Below are positions 17,754-25,215 of a stretch of DNA of 32,000 bases, in pieces. Under the pieces are notes generated by a model. It ran no database searches. It was not told the origin of the DNA and was given only the letters and a program-made list of their open reading frames with translations. The translations under genes were made by a program, and so were the position numbers. How positions within the stretch are numbered: position 1 is the stretch's first letter; each line of letters starts with the position of its first letter. The stretch comes from Cereibacter sphaeroides 2.4.1 (GTDB lineage Bacteria; Pseudomonadota; Alphaproteobacteria; Rhodobacterales; Rhodobacteraceae): positions 1,020,001 through 1,052,000 of the forward strand of contig NC_007493.2 in assembly GCF_000012905.2 (NCBI RefSeq). The letters run 5' to 3'.

Positions 17754-18080
17754 TCAGGGCTGCGCGGGAGCGAGCTTCACCTCCTGGCGCAGGCGGCCGT
17801 CGCGCTCGAAGATCAGGATCCGGCCGTCCTCCGTCACCACGCCCAGCCAGTCGCGCCCCTGGGTGAAGGCCTCGGCGCGGGTGCCCTCCGGCAGCGCGAG
17901 GCTCTCGGGCAGCGCGAGGTCGGCGGTGGCGAGGCTCGTGGGCATACGGGTGACAATCACCGAAACCACCGTTATGACGCCCACGATCAGGGTCAGCATC
18001 AGCACGATGACCAGCCCCTTGAGAAACCTGAGGCTGGGCGGGAGCCGCCCTTCCGGTTGCGGAGCCTGCTGCATGGCCAT
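17754..18080 (-). CDS. Small single-pass membrane protein of unknown function
   Basis: One clear TM helix (FLKGLVIVLMLTLIVGVITVVSVIV) followed by a soluble tail of about 65 aa. It lies directly upstream of, and co-oriented with, the kinase. The start is ATG 18080 or 18074. Confidence 0.5.
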   Translation of the reverse strand: MAMQQAPQPEGRLPPSLRFLKGLVIVLMLTLIVGVITVVSVIVTRMPTSLATADLALPESLALPEGTRAEAFTQGRDWLGVVTEDGRILIFERDGRLRQEVKLAPAQP

Positions 18081-19122
18081 CCTTCCGCCCCACGGGGGCA
18101 AACTGAGCATCACGATCGGAGAGGATCCTCCCGACCGTCTTGATAAGGCGCTCGTGCGCGAGGCGCCAGAGGAGGCCGCGCTGTCGCGCTCGCGGCTGAT
18201 GAAGCTGATTGGCGAGGGCGCGGTGCGGCTCGAGGGCGCGCCCGTGACGGATCCGAAGGCGAAGGTCGCCGAGGGGCAGGTCTACGAGATCGCGCTCGAT
18301 GCGCCGGCCGAGGTGGAGGCCCGCCCCGAGGCGATCCCGCTCTCGGTCGTGTGGGAGGACGAAGACCTCATCGTCATCGACAAGCCGGTGGGGATGGTGG
18401 TCCATCCCGCGCCCGGTCAGTGGACGGGGACGCTGGTCAATGCGCTTCTCCACCATTGCGGCGAGAGCCTCTCGGGCATCGGCGGGGAGAAGCGCCCCGG
18501 CATCGTCCACCGGATCGACAAGGACACGTCGGGGCTTCTCGTGGTGGCCAAGACCGACCGCGCGCATCAGGGCCTTGCGGCGCAGTTCGAGGCGCATACG
18601 GTCGAGCGGCGCTATCTCGCGCTGGTGCATGGCGTGCCCGAGGTCTCGGACCCGCGGCTGCGCGGCGTGCGCGGCACGAGCTTCGAGCCGGGCGGCGTGC
18701 TGCGGATCGCCACCGGCCTCGCCCGCCACCGCACCGACCGGCAACGGCAGGCGGTCACCTTCGAGGGCGGGCGTCATGCCGTGACCCGGGCGCGGCTGCT
18801 CGAGCGGTTCGGCATGCCGTCGGTGCTGGCGCTCGTCGAATGCCGGCTCGAGACGGGGCGCACGCACCAGATCCGGGTGCATATGGCCCATGCGGGCCAC
18901 GGGCTGATCGGCGACCAGACCTATGGCGGCAGGCGCAAGCTCTCGCCGAAGGCACTGGGGGCCGAGGCCGCGGCGGCGGCGGAAGCCTTCCCCCGGCAGG
19001 CGCTCCATGCGGCGAGCCTCGGCTTCCGCCATCCGGTGAGCGGCGAGGAGCTGAGCTTCGAGAGCCCCTTGCCCGCGGATATGGCGAGCCTCCTGTCTCT
19101 CCTGCCGCGGATGCAAGGGTAA
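18073..19122 (+). CDS. rluD: 23S rRNA pseudouridine synthase, RluA/RluD family
   Basis: S4-like N-terminus (RLDKAL...SRSRLMKLIGEGAVRLEG) and the catalytic motif GIVHRIDKDTSGLLVVAK, plus THQIRVHM. The upstream part of ORF 17863..19122 is not protein-like, so I chose the ATG at 18073. Confidence 0.85.
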   Translation: MAILPPHGGKLSITIGEDPPDRLDKALVREAPEEAALSRSRLMKLIGEGAVRLEGAPVTDPKAKVAEGQVYEIALDAPAEVEARPEAIPLSVVWEDEDLIVIDKPVGMVVHPAPGQWTGTLVNALLHHCGESLSGIGGEKRPGIVHRIDKDTSGLLVVAKTDRAHQGLAAQFEAHTVERRYLALVHGVPEVSDPRLRGVRGTSFEPGGVLRIATGLARHRTDRQRQAVTFEGGRHAVTRARLLERFGMPSVLALVECRLETGRTHQIRVHMAHAGHGLIGDQTYGGRRKLSPKALGAEAAAAAEAFPRQALHAASLGFRHPVSGEELSFESPLPADMASLLSLLPRMQG

Positions 19123-19176
19123 CGCCGGATTACATTCGCGTGAAATTCCGCAACAAATCTGGCATCGCGACGGTTC

Positions 19177-19208
19177 CTTGAACATCTCTCGTTAAAACGT
19201 CCATGGTA
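19177..19208 (+). promoter_or_regulatory. Candidate sigma-32-like promoter upstream of rpoH
   Basis: CTTGAA (19177-19182), 18 nt, then CCATGGTA (19201-19208). This loosely resembles the heat-shock promoter pattern CTTGAA-N(13-18)-CCCCATNT. The spacing is at the long end of that range. Confidence 0.25.
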
Positions 19209-19282
19209 GCGCTGACGTCGCTGCCGGACGGAACGGAACGTGCGTCGCCGGAACGCCGGCAGACGTCAGAGGGGGTCAACGA

Positions 19283-20179
19283 ATGAGCACTTACACCAGC
19301 CTTCCCGCTCCGAGTCCCGAACAGGGCCTCAACCGCTACATGCAGGAAATCCGCAAGTTCCCCCTGCTGGAGCCCGAAGAGGAATACATGCTGGCCAAGC
19401 GCTGGGTCGACCATCAGGACAATCGGGCCGCGCACAAGCTGGTCACCTCGCACCTGCGCCTCGCGGCCAAGATCGCCATGGGCTACCGGGGCTACGGCCT
19501 GCCGCAGGCCGAGGTGATCTCCGAGGCGAACGTGGGCCTGATGCAGGCGGTGAAGCGCTTCGACCCCGAGAAGGGCTTCCGGCTGGCCACCTATGCGATG
19601 TGGTGGATCCGCGCCTCGATCCAGGAATATATCCTGCGGTCCTGGAGCCTCGTGAAGCTCGGCACCACCTCGGCGCAGAAGAAGCTGTTCTTCAACCTGC
19701 GCAAGGCCAAGGCCAAGCTCGGCGCGCTCGAGGAGGGCGACCTGCGGCCCGAGAACGTGGCCCAGATCGCCAAGGATCTCGGCGTGTCCGAGACCGAGGT
19801 CATCGACATGAACCGCCGCCTGTCGGGGTCGGACGCGTCGCTGAACGCGACCATCGGCTCGGACGGCGAGGGCTCGACCCAGTGGCAGGACTGGCTCGAG
19901 GATGAAGACAGCGACCAGGCGGCGGATTATGCCGAGCGCGACGAGCTCGAGATCCGGCGCGAGCTTCTGGCGCAGTCGATGTCGGTCCTGAACGACCGCG
20001 AGAAGGACATTCTCGTGCAGCGCCGCCTGACCGACGATCCGGTGACGCTCGAGGAGCTGTCCGAGGGCTACGGCGTCAGCCGCGAGCGGATCCGCCAGAT
20101 CGAGGTCCGCGCCTTCGAGAAGCTTCAGGCCAAGATGCGCGAGCTGGCGCGGTCGAAGGGCATGACGATCCCCGCCTGA
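19283..20179 (+). CDS. rpoH: RNA polymerase sigma-32 (heat-shock sigma factor)
   Basis: Regions 2-4 of the sigma-70 family and the diagnostic RpoH box QKKLFFNLRKAK. Also LVTSHLRLAAKIAMGYRGYGL and YGVSRERIRQIE. An AGAGGGGG RBS lies upstream. Confidence 0.95.
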   Translation: MSTYTSLPAPSPEQGLNRYMQEIRKFPLLEPEEEYMLAKRWVDHQDNRAAHKLVTSHLRLAAKIAMGYRGYGLPQAEVISEANVGLMQAVKRFDPEKGFRLATYAMWWIRASIQEYILRSWSLVKLGTTSAQKKLFFNLRKAKAKLGALEEGDLRPENVAQIAKDLGVSETEVIDMNRRLSGSDASLNATIGSDGEGSTQWQDWLEDEDSDQAADYAERDELEIRRELLAQSMSVLNDREKDILVQRRLTDDPVTLEELSEGYGVSRERIRQIEVRAFEKLQAKMRELARSKGMTIPA

Positions 20180-20197
20180 CGCGGGCGATGTATCGGA

Positions 20198-20231
20198 GCA
20201 AAGGCCGGGCACCCGCCCGGCCTTTGCTTTG
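20198..20231 (+). terminator. Rho-independent terminator of rpoH
   Basis: Stem GCAAAGGCCGGGC pairs perfectly with GCCCGGCCTTTGC across a 4-nt loop and is followed by TTT. It starts 19 nt after the stop codon. Confidence 0.8.
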
Positions 20232-20595
20232 GCGCGGCTTCCGTTCGCGAACCCGGGGGAGTCGGGTACGTTTTTGCTCCTGGACCCGAGGGATTTGGGC
20301 GCACCTTCCGCGGCGGACCCGGCGACGTTGCGTCTTTCCTGCGCTCCACCTTCTGGACCAGACAGCCGGCCCCCTAGGTGTGTCACGGAGGCCGCGTCTC
20401 ACAGAGGCAGGGTCTTCCGGGGACTCTTCCGTTACAAGCGGGGTCTTCCGGGGCCGTCCCCACAGGCGGCTCCTGCCGGAAGGCTGTCTTGCCCATAGGC
20501 GGGGCCCTAAGGGCTCGCGGATGACTTCTGTCTTGATATGGTGCGGCCATCCTCGGTGGGAGACCGATACGCGGTCGAGCGACACGGCTCTGTAA

Positions 20596-20782
20596 GGTCC
20601 GGGCCGCCGAGGAGGCAGCCCCCGGCAGGGTCGGCACGGTGTCGTTCCGGGCCGACGAGGAGGCAGTCCCCGGCAGGTGGGCGGCTTGTGTCGGTCCGGG
20701 GTGCCGGCGAGGAAGCTCCGGCAGGCGCTCCCGGTGTCAGTCCGGGGCGCCGAGAAGGAAGCTCACCTGCAGGCTCGCGTTC
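20596..20782. repeat. Tandem array of four 44-49-nt repeat units, each able to form a GC-rich hairpin with GAGGAGG/GAGGAAG in the loop (CCUCCUC on the minus strand); candidate sRNA array
   Basis: Units are 20596-20643, 20644-20692, 20693-20738 and a degenerate one at 20739-20782. Units 1 and 2 are identical at 31 of the first 34 positions. The shared core is GTCCGGG..GCCG.(A/C)GAGGA(G/A)GC...CCGGCAGG...GTGTC. Confidence 0.85.
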
Positions 20783-21552
20783 AGCCGGTTGAAGGCGGCG
20801 CGGTCCTTCAGATCCGCCGCGATCAGACGCTCGGAGACGCGACGGCCCAGCTCGGGATGAAGGGCGCCCAGCACCAGCGCGGCCTTGCCCAGACGGAAGG
20901 GCGCCACGCAGTTGATGAGGTAGAACCGCTCGGCGAGCTCGGCCTTCAGCTCTTCGGTCACCGGATGATCGGGCAGGCTCTCGGCCCGGAAGGGCCGGTC
21001 GATGGTCCGCACGAGCCGCGTCAGCGCGCCGCCGTCGGCCGGATCGGTGGTCACCACACGCCCCTCGATGGCAAGCTTCTTCAGGAGCCGGTCGAGAAAC
21101 GGGCCGCGGTCGGCCATCCTGTGCAGCACGGAATGGAGATAGATCACGTCATAGCCCGTCTCGCGGAAGGCGCCGGACATCGGATCGGCCTCGATCAGCC
21201 GCGCCGTCCGACCCTCGCCGAGCCGGACCTTCAGCGCCTCGAGCTCTGCCGGATCGGCCGAGACCGCGTGATAGGTGCGGGCCGTGTCCGCCAGCCACGG
21301 GCTCAGCGGCGAGCCCCCGCCGATCTCCAGCACCTTCTTGCCGGACAGATCGCCGAGCCACTCCTTGTGTACCTCGTAGAGCTGCGCCTCGGCCTCGGGG
21401 CCGATGGCCGAGAGGGCCCGGGTGCGGATCCGCCGCCAGAGGTCGGAGGCGACGCCCGCCCCCCGGCCGAGCGCGGTGCCGAGGGGGCCGTCGCCCGACC
21501 CTTTCGGCTTCAGCCGGTCGCTCTGGTTCTGTGGCATGGCGGAATGACCCAT
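20737..21552 (-). CDS. Class I SAM-dependent methyltransferase
   Basis: Motif I VLEIGGGS plus downstream YDVIYLHSVLHRM and a Rossmann-type pattern. GGAG lies 7 nt upstream of the ATG at 21552. The last ~14 codons are encoded by repeat unit 4. Confidence 0.72.
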   Translation of the reverse strand: MGHSAMPQNQSDRLKPKGSGDGPLGTALGRGAGVASDLWRRIRTRALSAIGPEAEAQLYEVHKEWLGDLSGKKVLEIGGGSPLSPWLADTARTYHAVSADPAELEALKVRLGEGRTARLIEADPMSGAFRETGYDVIYLHSVLHRMADRGPFLDRLLKKLAIEGRVVTTDPADGGALTRLVRTIDRPFRAESLPDHPVTEELKAELAERFYLINCVAPFRLGKAALVLGALHPELGRRVSERLIAADLKDRAAFNRLNASLQVSFLLGAPD

Positions 21553-21562
21553 AAGAAAACTC

Positions 21563-21595
21563 CAAACGAAAATAGTGCGGGGCCAGGCCCCGCAC
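21563..21595 (-). terminator. Rho-independent terminator of pepF
   Basis: The minus strand reads GTGCGGGGCCTGGCCCCGCAC followed by TATTTTCGTTT, starting 27 nt after the pepF stop. Confidence 0.65.
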
Positions 21596-21621
21596 AGGAT
21601 GCTAACAATCGGTCCCGGGCG

Positions 21622-23442
21622 TCAATCGTCCATGGCTTCGAGCTCGTCGATGAAGCCTGCGATCATGCTCAACCCCTTGTCCCAGAAGGTCGGGTCGCTC
21701 GCATCGAGGCCGAAGGGGGCGAGAAGCTCCTTGTGATGCTTGGAGCCGCCCGCCGAGAGCATCTCGAAATACTTGTCCTGAAAGCCCGGAGTGCCCTCGG
21801 CATAGACGGCATAGAGCGCATTCACCAGCCCGTCGCCGAAGGCATAGGCATAGACGTAGAAGGGCGAATGGACGAAATGCGGAACGTAGGACCAGAAGGT
21901 CTCGTAGCCCTCCATGAACTCGAACGCATCGCCGAGGCTTTCGGCCTGCACGCTCATCCAGAGGGCATTGATGTCCTCGGGCGTGAGCTCGCCCTGCCGG
22001 CGCGCCTCGTGCAGCTTGCACTCGAAATCGTAGAAGGCGATCTGGCGCACGACCGTGTTGATCATGTCCTCGACCTTGCCGGCGAGCAGCGTCTTGCGCT
22101 CGGCCGGGGTTCTGGCCGCATCGAGGAGCCGGCGGAAGGTCAGCATCTCGCCGAAGACGCTCGCCGTCTCGGCCAGCGTGAGCGGCGTCGAGGAGAGGAG
22201 TTCGCCCTGTCCCGCCGCCAGCACCTGATGGACGCCGTGGCCGAGCTCATGCGCGAGCGTCATCACGTCGCGCGGCTTGCCGAGATAGTTCAGCATCACA
22301 TAGGGATGGACGGTCGTCACGGTCGGATGGGCGAAGGCGCCGGGCGCCTTGCCGGGCTTCACGCCCGCATCGATCCAGCCCTTTTCGAAGAAGGGTTTCG
22401 CGATCTCGGCCATCCGCGGATCGAAGGCGGAATAGGCCTCCATCACCGTCGACTGCGCCTCGTCCCAGCCCACGAGCCGCGGCGTTTCGGTGGGCAGCGG
22501 GGCGTTGCGGTCCCAGACCTGCAGTTTGTCGAGGCCCAGCCATTTGGCCTTCAGCCGGTAGTAGCGGTGCGAGAGCTTGGGATAGGCCGCGACCACCGCA
22601 TTGCGCAGCGCCTCGACCACTTCGGGCTCGACATGGTTCGCGAGGTGCCGGCCGTATTGCGGCGTGGGCATCTTGCGCCACCGGTCGTGGATCTCCTTCT
22701 CCTTCGCGAGCGTGTTGTGCACCCGCGCGAAGAGCTTGATGTTGCGGCCGAAGACCTCGGCCAGAGCGCGGGCGGCGGCCTCGCGGCGCGGCCGCTCGGG
22801 GTCGGTCAGCAGGTTCAGGGTGGATTCGAGGTTCAGCTCCTCGCCCTCGAGCGTGAAGGTGAGGCCCGCCATCGTCTCGTCGAAGAGACGGTTCCAGGCG
22901 GCGGCGCCGACGGTCGATTCGTCGTGGAGGAAGCGTTCCAGCTCGTCCGAAAGCTGGTGCGGGCGCATGGCGCGCATCCGGTCGAAGACGGGCTTGTAGC
23001 GGGCGAGCGCCGCGCTCTCGGCCAGACGGGCTTCGAGATGGGCATCCTCCAGCCGGTTGAACTCGAGGCTGAAGAAGACGAGCGCGGTCGTGTAGTCGGT
23101 CACCTTGTCCTGCGCGTCGGCCATGAACTTGGCGCGCTCGCTGTCCATCGTGTTCTGGTAATAGCGCAGGCCGGCGTAGGACATGAGCCGCCCGGCCACG
23201 ATGTCGATCTTCTCGTAGGCTTCGATGCAGGCGAGGAGGCCCGCCGCATCGAGGCTCGCAAGCTTGCCCTCGTAGCTGGCGGCGAAGCCTGCACAGGCCT
23301 CCTTGAGCCAGGCCATGTCGTCGCGGAATTCCGGACCGTCCGGGGTGGGATAGAGGTCGCGCAGATCCCAGTCGGGCAGGTTCCCGAGGCCCCCGGCGCT
23401 GGCGTTGGCGTCGAAGACCGGGCGGGGCAGGGGCAGCGTCAT
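21622..23442 (-). CDS. pepF: M3-family oligoendopeptidase F
   Basis: 606 aa with the zinc motif HELGHGVH and a downstream E ligand region (LAETASVFGE). Architecture is PepF-like. An AAGGAG RBS is present. Confidence 0.9.
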   Translation of the reverse strand: MTLPLPRPVFDANASAGGLGNLPDWDLRDLYPTPDGPEFRDDMAWLKEACAGFAASYEGKLASLDAAGLLACIEAYEKIDIVAGRLMSYAGLRYYQNTMDSERAKFMADAQDKVTDYTTALVFFSLEFNRLEDAHLEARLAESAALARYKPVFDRMRAMRPHQLSDELERFLHDESTVGAAAWNRLFDETMAGLTFTLEGEELNLESTLNLLTDPERPRREAAARALAEVFGRNIKLFARVHNTLAKEKEIHDRWRKMPTPQYGRHLANHVEPEVVEALRNAVVAAYPKLSHRYYRLKAKWLGLDKLQVWDRNAPLPTETPRLVGWDEAQSTVMEAYSAFDPRMAEIAKPFFEKGWIDAGVKPGKAPGAFAHPTVTTVHPYVMLNYLGKPRDVMTLAHELGHGVHQVLAAGQGELLSSTPLTLAETASVFGEMLTFRRLLDAARTPAERKTLLAGKVEDMINTVVRQIAFYDFECKLHEARRQGELTPEDINALWMSVQAESLGDAFEFMEGYETFWSYVPHFVHSPFYVYAYAFGDGLVNALYAVYAEGTPGFQDKYFEMLSAGGSKHHKELLAPFGLDASDPTFWDKGLSMIAGFIDELEAMDD

Positions 23443-23613
23443 GGGAACTCCTTACATTCTATGACTGGCAAGGTGGCGTGGCGGGCGCGGAAGTTCAAGC
23501 GGGGCGGGGATCTCCCGTCCGCCTTCGGGCGCTGCCGGCGCGCGTCCGGGCGCCCAAAGTCTGCGGGCCTGCCGTCGCGCACCAGGGCATCCGGCTCCGA
23601 TCGGGCGACCCTC

Positions 23614-25215
23614 TCATGGGGCCGCCCCGCCCGTCGCTGCGAGCAGTTCGCGCAGGCTTTCGAGCGTGTCGATCTCGGCTGCGGGTTTGTCCTTCCGCCA
23701 GCGCACCATGCGCGGGAAGCGGAGCGCGATGCCGGACTTGTGGCGGGGGCTGGCCTGAATGCCCTCGAAGGCCAGCTCGAAGACCAGCTCGGGCGGGACG
23801 CGCCGGACGGGTCCGAACCGCTCCAGCGTGTTCTTCCGCACCCAGTCGGTGATCTGGCGGAACTCGGCATCGGTGAGGCCGGAATAGGCCTTGGTGAAGG
23901 GCACGAGATCGTCGCCGTCGCGCACGCCGAAGGTGAAGTCGGTGAAGAGGGTGGCGCGGCGGCCCGCGCCCTGCTGGGCATAGAGCATGACCGCATCGAC
24001 CGTATAGGGATCGAGCTTCCATTTCCACCAGTCGCCGCGCTTGCGGCCGACGAAATAGGGCGAGGAGGCGCGCTTCAGCATCAGCCCCTCGGCGATCTTC
24101 TCGCGCGCCGTGGCGCGGATCTCGCCCAGCGTCTCCCAGTCGTCGAAGGCCACCAGCGGCGAGGGCGAGATCGGCACGCCCGGGGGCAGGGCTGACAGCA
24201 CCGCCTCGAGCCGGGCGCGACGGTGCGCGAGCGGGGCCGCGCGCAGATCCTCGCCGTTTTCCTCCAGAAGATCGTAGGCCAGCAGATGCGCGGGCGCCTC
24301 GGCGAGGATCTTCTTTGGCACGGTCAGGCGGCCGATCCGCTTCTGGAGCGCGGCGAAGGGCAGGGGACCCTCGCCGCCCCAGGCCAGCACCTCGGCATCG
24401 ATCACGAGACCGGGGGGCAGGAAATCCCGGAGCGGAGCGAGATCCGGGAAACGGTCCGTCACCAGTTCCTCGCCGCGCGACCAGAGTGCGAAGGCGCCCG
24501 CGCGGTTCACGAGCTGGCCGCGGATGCCATCCCATTTCCATTCCGCAAGCCAGTCGGCGGGATCTCCCAGCGCCGCCACCTCCTCGACCGGCGAGGCGAG
24601 CGCGAACGGATAGGGCTTCGAGGCATCGGCCTCGGGATCGTGTGCGCCGATCAGCGTCTCGAAGCCGATCCGGCTGGGCTTCCAGTCGCCCATCAGCCGG
24701 TGCGCCAGCACCGCCTCGTCGACACCGGTCGCCTGCGCCAGCGCGCGCGTCATCAGCCCCTGGCTCACGCCCATGCGGAAACCGCCGGTGATGAGCTTGT
24801 TGAAGAGGAACCGCTCGGGCGTGCTGAGCCTGTCCCAGGCGTCGAGGATGGCGGCCCGGCGCACCTCGGCCGGGCGGCCTGTGAGGGAAACCAGCTCGCG
24901 CATCCACCCGTCGAGCGTGCGGTCGCTGGTCTGGCTAGGCTCGGGCAGGAGGAGCGAGATCGTCTCGGCCAGATCGCCCACGATTGGATGGACCTCCTCG
25001 GCGAGCCAGACCGGCAGGCCCGATGCCTCGGCCGCCCAGCTGCGCAGTTCGGTCGTGTTCACCGCCCGCTTGGGGCGGCGGCCCGAGAGGAGGCCGATGG
25101 TCCAGACCCGGTCCTCCTCGGGCGCGGTGCGGAAATAGTCGGCGAGCGCCGCCACCTTCGCGGAGGTGCGCGTCGTGCGGTCGAGCAGGTCGAAGAGGGC
25201 CGCGAACCGCTTCAT
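23614..25215 (-). CDS. ATP-dependent DNA ligase (ligase-associated DNA damage response type)
   Basis: Adenylation motif I AEWKWDGIRGQ, later nucleotidyltransferase motifs (EGLMLKR, WWKWK) and a C-terminal OB domain. ATGA overlap with the upstream exonuclease gene. Confidence 0.9.
   Translation of the reverse strand: MKRFAALFDLLDRTTRTSAKVAALADYFRTAPEEDRVWTIGLLSGRRPKRAVNTTELRSWAAEASGLPVWLAEEVHPIVGDLAETISLLLPEPSQTSDRTLDGWMRELVSLTGRPAEVRRAAILDAWDRLSTPERFLFNKLITGGFRMGVSQGLMTRALAQATGVDEAVLAHRLMGDWKPSRIGFETLIGAHDPEADASKPYPFALASPVEEVAALGDPADWLAEWKWDGIRGQLVNRAGAFALWSRGEELVTDRFPDLAPLRDFLPPGLVIDAEVLAWGGEGPLPFAALQKRIGRLTVPKKILAEAPAHLLAYDLLEENGEDLRAAPLAHRRARLEAVLSALPPGVPISPSPLVAFDDWETLGEIRATAREKIAEGLMLKRASSPYFVGRKRGDWWKWKLDPYTVDAVMLYAQQGAGRRATLFTDFTFGVRDGDDLVPFTKAYSGLTDAEFRQITDWVRKNTLERFGPVRRVPPELVFELAFEGIQASPRHKSGIALRFPRMVRWRKDKPAAEIDTLESLRELLAATGGAAP

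Noticed and set aside
17863-18072. 5' extension of rluD (the track ORF starts at 17863), and the 5' extensions of ORFs 358..1005, 3719..4750, 6059..6889, 6852..7781, 25212..26414 and 31412..31795.
   Set aside because: The extensions overlap neighbouring genes or are not conserved-looking. Internal ATGs give products that begin at the expected family N-termini, with tidy gene junctions or an RBS.
20596-20782. Possibility that the tandem repeats are a CRISPR array.
   Set aside because: The units are directly adjacent with no unique spacers, they are imperfect, there are only four, and no cas genes are nearby.
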